Assembly: GCA_031973235.1 (NCBI GenBank)
Contig: DALYDM010000001.1
Location: 16,129-80,128, forward strand
DNA length: 64,000 nt
Source: Minisyncoccota bacterium
Lineage (GTDB): Bacteria; Patescibacteriota; Minisyncoccia; Phycocordibacterales; UBA9973
Direction: 5' to 3'
Positions 28,507-36,277 of the stretch are shown here, piece by piece. A model generated the notes under the pieces. It ran no database searches. It was not told the DNA's origin and was given only the letters and a program-made list of their open reading frames with translations. The position numbers and the translations under genes were made by a program. Numbering within the stretch: position 1 is the stretch's first letter; each line of letters opens with the position of its first letter.

Positions 28507-29635
28507 AAATCAAATACGAAATACAAAAGCGATTATTTCTCTAGATGTTATTAAACAAAATGCATTACACATACGGAGAATATGTGGTGGATCTGTAAAA
28601 GTGTGTGCAATAATCAAAGCAAATGCATATGGACACGGAATGAAAGAAGTCGCGTTTGCACTAGAAAAAAGTGTGAACTATTTTGGTGTTGCATTGGTGT
28701 GTGAGGGGAGAATGTTGCGCGATTCGGGGATTGAAACACCAATTTTAGTATTGGGAGCTATTGGCTCAGATGAGATTGAAAGTGCGTTGCTTTCTGGACT
28801 CACTATTACAGTTCCTTCAATAGAAAAATTGAATGAAGTAAATCAAAAAGGAATTGCATTAGGAATACTTCCAAAGATTCACCTCAAGATTGATACAGGA
28901 ATGGGAAGAATCGGTGTGCAATGGAATCGAGTTGGTGAATTTTTAAGAACCACAAAAAGAATGAATGATGCAAAAACAATAAACAGTGAGGGAATATATT
29001 CTCATTTTGCGGACAGTATGGATGAGGAATATACAAAATTACAGTTTGAAAGATTTGAAAAAGTAATTGCTTCTGCAAAGGAAATAAATTTAAATTTTGA
29101 ATGTATACATATTAGCAGTTCGCGTTCAACATTTTTGTATCCAGAATATAGAATGACAATGGTTCGACCGGGTGTTGCATTGTATGGAATTGAGCCAGAG
29201 TCAACATCAAATATTCTTCCAAAAGAATTTATTCCTGCATTGAAGTGGGTAACACAAATCACATATTTTAAAGTATTAAAGTGCGGGGATTATGTTGGAT
29301 ACGGAAGAACATATCAAGTGAAAGAAGAATATGAACGAATAGTGACTCTTCCTGTCGGCTATGCAGACGGATTCCCAAGACGATTATCAAACAAAGGATT
29401 TGTGCTAATTCGGGGTAAGAAATATCCCGTAGTTGGAAGAGTGTGTATGGATCAATGTATGGTGTCGCTCGGCAAAGATGGCGAAGGGTATGTGGGTGAT
29501 GAAGTGGTATTGATTGGAAGTGATGGTGCTGCATCAATTTCAGTGGTTGATATTTCAAATTACATTGATACCACTCCACATGAGGTTACTGTGTGTATTT
29601 CCGAGAGAGTTCCGAGAGTGTTTGAGAATAAATAG
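28487..29635 (+). CDS. alr: alanine racemase
   Basis: PLP-lysine motif AIIKANAYGHG and a C-terminal beta domain. Start is taken at ATG 28487 (MLHRIDKN), overlapping the ftsI stop by 20 nt. Confidence 0.85.
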   Translation: MLHRIDKNQIRNTKAIISLDVIKQNALHIRRICGGSVKVCAIIKANAYGHGMKEVAFALEKSVNYFGVALVCEGRMLRDSGIETPILVLGAIGSDEIESALLSGLTITVPSIEKLNEVNQKGIALGILPKIHLKIDTGMGRIGVQWNRVGEFLRTTKRMNDAKTINSEGIYSHFADSMDEEYTKLQFERFEKVIASAKEINLNFECIHISSSRSTFLYPEYRMTMVRPGVALYGIEPESTSNILPKEFIPALKWVTQITYFKVLKCGDYVGYGRTYQVKEEYERIVTLPVGYADGFPRRLSNKGFVLIRGKKYPVVGRVCMDQCMVSLGKDGEGYVGDEVVLIGSDGAASISVVDISNYIDTTPHEVTVCISERVPRVFENK

Positions 29636-29730
29636 ATTAATGGGTGTAATTTATAATACTTTTGGTAATTGCAAAGTATTTCTTGAAAAAAAGTGATAAA
29701 TGATATATGGTGAGTACATCACTATATATT

Positions 29731-29805
29731 GGCCCTATCGTCTAACGGTTAGGACATCGCCTTCTCAAGGCGGTAATCAGGGTTCGATTCCCTGTAGGGT
29801 CACCA
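29731..29805 (+). tRNA. tRNA-Glu (anticodon CTC), CCA encoded
   Basis: ggccctatcgtctaacggttaggacatcgcc-tTCTCaa-ggcggtaatcagggttcgattccctgtagggtcacca parallels bacterial tRNA-Glu (gtcccct tcgtctagagg...ccgcc cTTTCac ggcgg...). Confidence 0.8.
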
Positions 29806-29831
29806 TCTCGTGCTAGCACGAGAAGCATACA

Positions 29832-29858
29832 AAAACAGCCCACTTTGGGCTGTTTTTG
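29832..29858 (+). terminator. rho-independent terminator after tRNA-Glu
   Basis: aaaaacagccc-actt-tgggctgttttt. Confidence 0.75.
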
Positions 29859-29873
29859 TGATAAAATCTAAAT

Positions 29874-30389
29874 ATGCAAGAAAAATTTCCTGAAATAAAA
29901 AAAGAATCAGTACAACATTATAGTATTGGACAAAAGATACGCTCTGAAAATCTAGACGGTTCGTTTTGCGAATCTGAAATAGTGAATATTATAGATTCAC
30001 AAAAAGTGATTACTGTATTAGGGTATAACTATGAAATTAAGTGTCCGATACCTATACTGATATTAGACAAGAAAATATCTGGAAATCTAGCAGCCTATCA
30101 CCCCGAGTTGAATGTTATATTTGCATACAATGACACCTCGCCAGAAGTCATGCACCATGAAATTATTCACTCACTAGAAATGACTAAACAGATTCCAGAA
30201 CAGCTCAATATTTTTTATAAAAAAGTACTAGAGGTATTACCTGATAATTCAAATTTGCAGCCAAATTTTAGAAAAAACATCCACGAATTCGTTGCAGATG
30301 CTTACTCAAAAAATGGGTTAATAGAGACCTTGAAAAACAAGGGCTTATACGATGAGTTTATAAATCTCACAAGATATATATTTCAATAG
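29874..30389 (+). CDS. hypothetical protein with HExxH motif (putative zinc metallopeptidase-like)
   Basis: 171 aa; MHHEIIHSLE is the only recognisable element. It is the first gene after tRNA-Glu. Confidence 0.3.
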   Translation: MQEKFPEIKKESVQHYSIGQKIRSENLDGSFCESEIVNIIDSQKVITVLGYNYEIKCPIPILILDKKISGNLAAYHPELNVIFAYNDTSPEVMHHEIIHSLEMTKQIPEQLNIFYKKVLEVLPDNSNLQPNFRKNIHEFVADAYSKNGLIETLKNKGLYDEFINLTRYIFQ

Positions 30390-30406
30390 TAAGTCAATTA
30401 CCCACT

Positions 30407-30482
30407 GCTCGAGAAGGGTCGTTGTGATATTATAAAAAAATATTAAATAACCTTACAGGGTAACGAATCGAAAAGTTCTATC
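30407..30482 (+). repeat. direct repeat copy A (~76 bp promoter-like element)
   Basis: gctcgagaagggtcgttgtgatattataaaaaaatattaaataaccttacagggtaacgaatcgaaaagttctatc is ~80% identical to copy B at 31755-31830. It contains a TGn-extended -10-like tgtgATATTAT. Extra ctcgagaa(c/g)g units sit at 30482 and 30510. Confidence 0.6.
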
Positions 30483-30564
30483 TCGAGAACGCTCACCTTT
30501 TAGAGAGCGCTCGAGAAGCGTTGAATAAAGTCTACGTTTGTTATGAAAATGTTATAATAAAATT

Positions 30565-31743
30565 ATGTCTGACGAAAACCCACAATCAACTACAGTAAAT
30601 CACGAACACTCGATTATTCCTTTTGAGTGGGCAATAAAGAAAGTTTTAGGACCAACTTTTGATAATCTTGGTCTTGATATTCGTGCTGGGTATGAAAAAA
30701 CAAAAGAGAAGATATTTAAATCAGCAGAAAAAAAACTTAAACCAAATCAAAATAGTGGTAAAGCAAACCTACGAATAGCTTGGGACATTGTCACGCAGGC
30801 GAGTTTTACAGAAAGTGAAATTGGAGCAGAATACTTTGGAGGAATTCTTGCTGCATCAAAAACAGAAGATGGACAAGATGATACTGGTATTTATTATTTA
30901 AACATCACAAAATCACTTTCATCAAAACAATTATATCTTCATTATCTTTTATATAAATCTTTAAATAATCTTTTTGTACGTACTGAATCACTACATAGCT
31001 TGAATGTAGGCATGGGTTCAGAAATAAGTGGTAAAAGAATTTATTTTTATACACTAGAACTTCTAGATCTTGGCGTTAACATTGATACTGATTTTACAGC
31101 TCTTTCAAATAAAGGTTTAATTGGTGATTTTTGGGAAGTAATAACAAAAAAGATAAAACACCCTCTCACAAATAAAGAAGTTGAAATTCCCTGTGCTGTA
31201 TTTACGCCTACAACCTTAGGAATTCAAATGCTCGCAATCGCACAAAATAAATTAAAAGAATATCGAGAATTTAGTAAATCAGATTTTGGTACAATCTTAG
31301 ATATAAAAATTCCTGAATTTTGTGCCTTTTCTGCCGAAGAATTGTTAAAGATTTCTATGACTTCTAATGTTCAAATAATTGAGATAGACAAACCAATCTC
31401 AGAAGTTTTTGAATTTACAATAAATCCTGATAATACTCCGAAATGGATTGAGAATATCGTAGAAGAGAAGGTAAACTCGTCTCCAATAACTGTGGGTACT
31501 GAGTATTCAAATACTAAGAACGGCATTGAATGGACTATTTACACTTGTACGAAATTTGAAAAAGATAAAAAGTTTGAACTTAAACAAAAAGACGATTTCT
31601 ATCACGTAGAGTATATTTATGAAAAAATTTCTGACACTCGAACAAAGCTAACTTATCATGAGTGGATGGAAAATGATTCTGTTCTTGTAGAGCCTTTCGA
31701 AATGAAAACGCTTGAAAGGCTTAAAAAAGTGCTTGAGGTCTAA
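30565..31743 (+). CDS. Abi-alpha (DUF4393)-like N-domain fused to an SRPBCC/AHSA1-like C-domain (candidate abortive-infection/defence protein)
   Basis: The N-terminus (KKVLGPTFDNLGLDIRAGYEKTKEKIF...LYLHYLLYKSL) resembles Abi_alpha. The C-terminus (ISEVFEFTINPDNTPKWIENIVEEKV...KLTYHEWMENDSVLVEPFEMKTLERLKKVLE) resembles the SRPBCC ligand-binding fold. Both assignments are by eye. Confidence 0.35.
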   Translation: MSDENPQSTTVNHEHSIIPFEWAIKKVLGPTFDNLGLDIRAGYEKTKEKIFKSAEKKLKPNQNSGKANLRIAWDIVTQASFTESEIGAEYFGGILAASKTEDGQDDTGIYYLNITKSLSSKQLYLHYLLYKSLNNLFVRTESLHSLNVGMGSEISGKRIYFYTLELLDLGVNIDTDFTALSNKGLIGDFWEVITKKIKHPLTNKEVEIPCAVFTPTTLGIQMLAIAQNKLKEYREFSKSDFGTILDIKIPEFCAFSAEELLKISMTSNVQIIEIDKPISEVFEFTINPDNTPKWIENIVEEKVNSSPITVGTEYSNTKNGIEWTIYTCTKFEKDKKFELKQKDDFYHVEYIYEKISDTRTKLTYHEWMENDSVLVEPFEMKTLERLKKVLEV

Positions 31744-31754
31744 AGTTTATAGAC

Positions 31755-31830
31755 GCTCGAGAAGGGTTGTGATGGTATAATAAAAAAGCCTTAAATAACC
31801 TTATGGGGTAATGAACCACGGGGTTCTATC
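31755..31830 (+). repeat. direct repeat copy B (~76 bp promoter-like element)
   Basis: gctcgagaagggttgtgatggtataataaaaaagccttaaataaccttatggggtaatgaaccacggggttctatc contains a TGG-TATAAT extended -10 and is followed by a ~300-nt ORF-free region. Confidence 0.6.
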
Positions 31831-32130
31831 ACAAAAAGGCTCACTAAGATAGAAAGTCCCACCTAAGTAGGATTTTCGAGTGCATGGTGAAGTCACAGAG
31901 ATTTTTTCCTGACTCTCGCCAAGAAAAAATGTGAGACGGGGTCGCAAGTGTTTACGCCCACAGAATATGCAATGCATATGAGTAGACTTTGTAACTTGTG
32001 ACCTCACAGAACAAGCATGCGAAGCATTCAGTAAATCAGTGAGGATAGTATTTGTGACCGATGGCGCAATAGCTTTTCTGATATACGGTCATAAGTAAAA
32101 AACCACTGGTTTATACCAGTGGCTAGATAA
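31831..32130. ncRNA. candidate structured non-coding RNA or gene remnant (ORF-free, relatively GC-enriched)
   Basis: No ORF longer than 68 aa; several internal complementary segments; preceded by promoter-like repeat B; ends at a bidirectional hairpin ccactggtttataccagtgg (32103-32122). Strand not determined. Confidence 0.3.
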
Positions 32131-32137
32131 TGTTTGT

Positions 32138-32488
32138 TTAAAATGAACTATTATCAACGCATCTTAAGTTCCTTACTAATTGTTCCAACTTACCCTTGTT
32201 GATTACTCCATTACAATACTGAACATTCAAAGTATCACCCAACTTTATTAAGTCTCTTTTGTCATCAATACGACCGATGTAAAGAATAGTTAGTTGAAAC
32301 AATTGTTTTGTCTCAGGATTATTAAATTCGTAATGTTCAAACTTGGCATCTTTTCTGTAACCAACCAAAATGGCTTTGGCGTCTTTAGGATTTCTACATT
32401 CTTTAGCCTTGTTGATTACTGAAACAAATTCTACTAGCAACGCAACACATATGATAGTTGCTACTACTACTTCTGTAACTTTTTTCAT
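32138..32488 (-). CDS. small secreted/anchored protein (hypothetical)
   Basis: 116 aa, N-terminal hydrophobic segment, Cys-containing; terminator hairpin at 32103-32122 followed by T-run on the minus strand. Confidence 0.35.
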   Translation of the reverse strand: MKKVTEVVVATIICVALLVEFVSVINKAKECRNPKDAKAILVGYRKDAKFEHYEFNNPETKQLFQLTILYIGRIDDKRDLIKLGDTLNVQYCNGVINKGKLEQLVRNLRCVDNSSF

Positions 32489-32606
32489 TTTATGTAAGTT
32501 AGTGTTTAATATAATATATCATACTAATCACAAAAGTCAAGTATCAAATTTAAATAAAATTACAAGGCAATCAAACACAAAGTTTTATCTCTAGAAGGCT
32601 CACATG

Positions 32607-32640
32607 GATCTATAAATTCCACTTCTGTGGGATTTATAGA
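32607..32640. promoter_or_regulatory. 34-bp near-perfect palindrome (candidate operator) in divergent intergenic region
   Basis: ATCTATAAATTCCAC-ttct-GTGGGATTTATAGAT. A consensus-like sigma-70 promoter TTGACA-N16-TATAAT follows at about 32721-32748. Confidence 0.45.
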
Positions 32641-32774
32641 TTAGGAGATGTGAAGTCAAAAGTATATTTTTTTACAGATACCTTAGCTCATGTTCCATTG
32701 ATACTTCCTCCGTATATAAGTTGACAAATAATATATATAGTATATAATGTATTAAACCTAAAAAATCTAAAATC

Positions 32775-33050
32775 ATGGTAATAGTTCTAATGCGCATTCT
32801 TGAACTCGCCTATGTAGTATTTGTTACTGCATTGAAAGCGACAGGCTTCATTCTTTGGACATTATTTTTTTTCGAATTGAATTGGAAAATAATGTACTTT
32901 AAAGAAAAAATCTATACGGCCACTAATTTAGAAAATGCACGCGTCGGTTATACTAAGTACTACTTAAATGGAATCGATTGGATAAATGAAAAAGAGATTC
33001 CAGAATCTAGAAAAGAATTCGAAGAGGAATTAGATTTTCCATTAAAGTGA
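32775..33050 (+). CDS. small membrane protein (hypothetical)
   Basis: 91 aa with two hydrophobic helices; strong terminator at 33056-33086 (aaaaaaaccgctg-taattc-agcggttttta). Confidence 0.35.
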   Translation: MVIVLMRILELAYVVFVTALKATGFILWTLFFFELNWKIMYFKEKIYTATNLENARVGYTKYYLNGIDWINEKEIPESRKEFEEELDFPLK

Positions 33051-33215
33051 GTCAGTAAAAAAACCGCTGTAATTCAGCGGTTTTTATTATTCAAAATAAT
33101 AATGAATTAATGTTTGCTATTTCCGGAATCCAAGTCTTTGGCTCAGGATTCAATAAAACCACACCTGTGGGACTTTTTTGGTTCTGTGTGATATTGTGTA
33201 GAAAAATCTACAAAA

Positions 33216-33644
33216 ATGAAAAAACATAAATATGACCCCGCACTGGTAGAGCGAATACTTGCGGATGATGATTATGTTCTTCATTTGTTCGTAGTTCACT
33301 ACCTCAAAACACACGACAAATTATATTTGCCTAAAAGACGCAAAAATGGCGACTATACTATGAAGTGCATACTTCATAAAGAAAGAACACCATCGTTTAG
33401 ATACTCGAGTAAAAGAGGCATATTTAAATGTTTTGGGTGTGGAAGTGGAGGTAACATTCTCACTCTAATCGGGAAGTACTTTGAGCTATCATTTATAGGT
33501 AGTATTAAAAGAGCATTGCAAATGAAGAGTGTCCCTAACCACATCGAAAGTGGAAATAGTCACAAAGTCGAGACAGGTCAATTAAAAATAATTTACCCGC
33601 CACATGCTGATCCATTGAGCGGTGACTACAATCTTCCATTTTAA
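33216..33644 (+). CDS. stand-alone DnaG/phage-primase CHC2 zinc-finger domain protein (primase fragment)
   Basis: CILHKERTPSFRYSSKRGIFKCFGCGSGGNILTLIGKY is the zf-CHC2 signature. No TOPRIM or helicase domain follows; terminator 33650-33686. Confidence 0.7.
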   Translation: MKKHKYDPALVERILADDDYVLHLFVVHYLKTHDKLYLPKRRKNGDYTMKCILHKERTPSFRYSSKRGIFKCFGCGSGGNILTLIGKYFELSFIGSIKRALQMKSVPNHIESGNSHKVETGQLKIIYPPHADPLSGDYNLPF

Positions 33645-33792
33645 ACACAAAAAAAGCCGGACTGTGCAATGCACGGGCCGGCTTTATAAATACTGCGAAT
33701 CTCTCAAAATGAGAGAACAGTACCAGAAGTATACTTTTCTGTGAGAAAAATACAACTTTATTTTCCTTTGAGTTTAGTGATACAATCTTAGT

Positions 33793-34626
33793 ATGTCTAT
33801 ATCTATTATCAAATCAACAGGAGAAGAGCAGTCGTTTAGTAAAAAGAAATTGTGCATGTCTCTCGAGCACGCTGGTGCACCAAAGAAGCTCGCAGATACG
33901 ATTTGTAAGCGAGTGGAAGAGCATATCAATCCTGGAGCATCCACAAGTAAGATTTATCGAGAAGCACTTCGATATTTGATCAAAGAGAATCGCGAGCTTG
34001 CAGCTCGATATAGTATTCGTCGTGGTGTAGCGGCTCTAGGTCCTGCTGGGTTTGTGTTTGAGCAATACGTCGAGGCAATCTTGCAAGCATATGGATTCAC
34101 CACAAAGAGAAATGTCATGATGAAAGGTGAATGTGTGACGCATGAAGTCGATGTGATGGCAATGAAAGACGGTGTGCATTATTTTCTTGAAATGAAATAC
34201 CACAATCAAGTGGGAATCCGTACACATATAAATACTGTGATGTATGCGTATGCTCGATTGCTTGATATTTCTGCTGGTCTTGCAAAAAAAGAAAAGGATA
34301 CACATGAACACAAAATGTGGCTTATCACAAATACCAAATTCACTGATACTTCAATCAAGTATGCAAATTGTAAAGATGTAATTTTGACCGGATGGGATTA
34401 TCCAGAAGGGAATAGTCTTGAAGATATGATTGCATACAAAAAGCTCTATCCTGTGACAGTGCTCCCTTCGATATCTGGCGCAATGCTTGAAGAACTCGCA
34501 AGAAAAAATATTATTCTCGCACAAGATTTGCTCCCATATACTCCCCACGCACTTTCGAAACTCCTTATGATAGATGAGTATCGTGCTCAGAAAATTGCTC
34601 GAGATGTGGTAATGCTTATGAAATAG
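33793..34626 (+). CDS. ATP-cone domain fused to Mrr-like (PD-(D/E)xK) restriction endonuclease domain
   Basis: N-terminal ATP-cone (IIKSTGEEQSFSKKKLCMSLEHAG...ADTICKRVEEHI...ASTSKIYREALRYLIKENRELAARY). C-terminal Mrr_cat-like core (FEQYVEAILQAYGF...HEVDVMAMKDGVHYFLEMKYH, with D...E.K). Confidence 0.65.
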   Translation: MSISIIKSTGEEQSFSKKKLCMSLEHAGAPKKLADTICKRVEEHINPGASTSKIYREALRYLIKENRELAARYSIRRGVAALGPAGFVFEQYVEAILQAYGFTTKRNVMMKGECVTHEVDVMAMKDGVHYFLEMKYHNQVGIRTHINTVMYAYARLLDISAGLAKKEKDTHEHKMWLITNTKFTDTSIKYANCKDVILTGWDYPEGNSLEDMIAYKKLYPVTVLPSISGAMLEELARKNIILAQDLLPYTPHALSKLLMIDEYRAQKIARDVVMLMK

Positions 34627-34687
34627 AGGTCGATTGACCTCTATTTTGTTTTGTTGTATTCTGTGGTCAAACTAAAACGAACCTTAT

Positions 34688-35278
34688 ATGACACAGAACA
34701 ATAAAATTAGAATAATTTCATTTCCTGAAATGATCGAAATGGAATCACTCATGGATCCCTCGCTGCTGCTTCTGGGTCCAGTGCTCGGATCAAATATGGA
34801 TATTCTCGAGTATGTGAAAACACATATTGAGAATACTTTGTCAGATATTAGGTTTCCAGAGAATAAGAAACTTAATATTGTCACTACTCGTTATCTTGGA
34901 GAAAATTTCAACGATATCAATGAAGCTGAGTACAACGAGTGGGTTACTACAATGATAGATGTGCATGTAAAGCGTGATCCCGGAAGAGTTGTCCTGGTTA
35001 TGATACCAAGAGGTGATGGAACTGTAGTAAATCCGATTCGTGGATATGCACGTCACACATCGTTTGAGCTTGGGTATCTCCTTGGTGTGAATGCGCGATT
35101 ATCGGTGTATATCGAGAATGGCTTTTGTGAATACAAATACTATTACCATACAATTATGGGTATTAAGCCAGGCTTACCGATTTGGGCTGATCCGCTCCAG
35201 GCAATTCAAGATGCCCTTATGATGGTATTAAAAACAGACAGGGTATCGGAAAATAGTGGCAACACTGTTACATTCTAA
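34688..35278 (+). CDS. nucleoside 2-deoxyribosyltransferase / DNPH1(Rcl)-like (SLOG-type Rossmannoid) protein
   Basis: N-terminal beta strand KIRIISFP. C-terminal TSFELGYLLGVNARLSVY matches the [GS]x(x)E[LM]GYA catalytic-Glu motif (GMELGYALSQGK in NDT; GVGYELGRAVA in DNPH1). Lies 62 bp downstream of the ATP-cone/Mrr gene on the same strand; terminator 35285-35311. Confidence 0.5.
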   Translation: MTQNNKIRIISFPEMIEMESLMDPSLLLLGPVLGSNMDILEYVKTHIENTLSDIRFPENKKLNIVTTRYLGENFNDINEAEYNEWVTTMIDVHVKRDPGRVVLVMIPRGDGTVVNPIRGYARHTSFELGYLLGVNARLSVYIENGFCEYKYYYHTIMGIKPGLPIWADPLQAIQDALMMVLKTDRVSENSGNTVTF

Positions 35279-35370
35279 TTATTGAATCCCCGCGTAACAT
35301 GCGGGGATTTTGTTTGACTCATTCTTAAAATGTGTTATTATGTATACAAACGTTCAAAATAAAGAAAAAA

Positions 35371-36234
35371 ATGCGTCAATTGAAAATTACCAACCAGTTC
35401 ACAATTAGAGAATCTGATTCACTTACAAAGTATCTGAGTGACATATCTAAAGAGCCGTTACTTACTGTCGAGAGAGAAATTGAACTCACTGTCCGTATCA
35501 AGCTAGGCGATAAACGCGCACTTAATGAACTTGTAAAATCAAATTTAAGATTTGTGGTTTCTGTGGCTAAGCAGTATCAAAATCAGGGCTTGATGCTCGG
35601 TGATTTGATAAACGAAGGGAATCTCGGACTCATAAAGGCTGCAAGTCGTTTCGACGAAACTCGTGGATTTAAATTCATTTCATACGCTGTGTGGTGGATA
35701 CGTCAATGTATTTTGCAAGCACTCGCCGAACAGTCACGAATTGTAAGGCTTCCGTTAAATCAAATCGGAATGATTAACAAGATCAATAAAGCTTTTAGTC
35801 GTTTGGAGCAAGAGTTCGAACGAGAGCCAACAGATGACGAACTTGCATCTTGTTTGGATGTGTCCATTGATGATATTAGCTCAATGTCAAATCAATCAGG
35901 ACGAATTGTGTCACTTGACAGTTCTTATGAGCCGGGCGGTGAAGCTATTATTGAAAGCATTGCTTGTCCTGATGCGGGCCCTTCTCATCCGAGTAATAAT
36001 CTTATTCATGAATCACTTCAACATGAGATCAGACGTTTGCTTGGGTCGTTGACTCCGAGACAGGCAGGTGTGATTAATTTGTACTTCGGGCTCGATGGTA
36101 AACCTCTCACATTAGAAGAAATTGGTGAACGATACGAACTCACCCGTGAGCGAGTGCGTCAAATAAAAGAAACAGCACTTAAAAAACTCAAGAGTGATAG
36201 TCGTTCGAGAGTACTCAAAGCATTTATGAATTAG
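35371..36234 (+). CDS. RNA polymerase sigma-70 family factor (compact RpoD-like, copy 2)
   Basis: Start at internal ATG 35371 ([22 protein letters not shown]...), parallel to copy 1 (MRQFKITKSITNRESASFERYL...). Region 2 is nearly identical ([50 protein letters not shown]); regions 3 and 4 diverge. Confidence 0.85.
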   Translation: MRQLKITNQFTIRESDSLTKYLSDISKEPLLTVEREIELTVRIKLGDKRALNELVKSNLRFVVSVAKQYQNQGLMLGDLINEGNLGLIKAASRFDETRGFKFISYAVWWIRQCILQALAEQSRIVRLPLNQIGMINKINKAFSRLEQEFEREPTDDELASCLDVSIDDISSMSNQSGRIVSLDSSYEPGGEAIIESIACPDAGPSHPSNNLIHESLQHEIRRLLGSLTPRQAGVINLYFGLDGKPLTLEEIGERYELTRERVRQIKETALKKLKSDSRSRVLKAFMN

Positions 36235-36250
36235 ACGTAAAAATGGTATC

Positions 36251-36277
36251 AAAACCCCCGCATTTGCGGGGGTTTTT
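36251..36277. terminator. bidirectional rho-independent terminator
   Basis: aaaacccccgc-attt-gcgggggttttt. Confidence 0.85.

Noticed and set aside
30407-31830. CRISPR array
   Set aside because: Only two ~76-bp imperfect direct repeats separated by 1.3 kb of coding sequence; no short regular repeat-spacer structure anywhere in the window.
31831-32130. Possible RNase P RNA: contains GAAAGUCC-like and two ACAGAA-like strings
   Set aside because: The P4 pairing partner required for the 5' AAG(U)CCCAC strand (GUGGGCUU after ACAGAA) is absent on either strand, and no CR-II/CR-V equivalents are visible, so this is not supported.
31831-32130. Possible tmRNA
   Set aside because: No tRNA-like acceptor/T-arm (GGTTCGAnTCC) and no tag-peptide reading frame ending in ...AA-stop.
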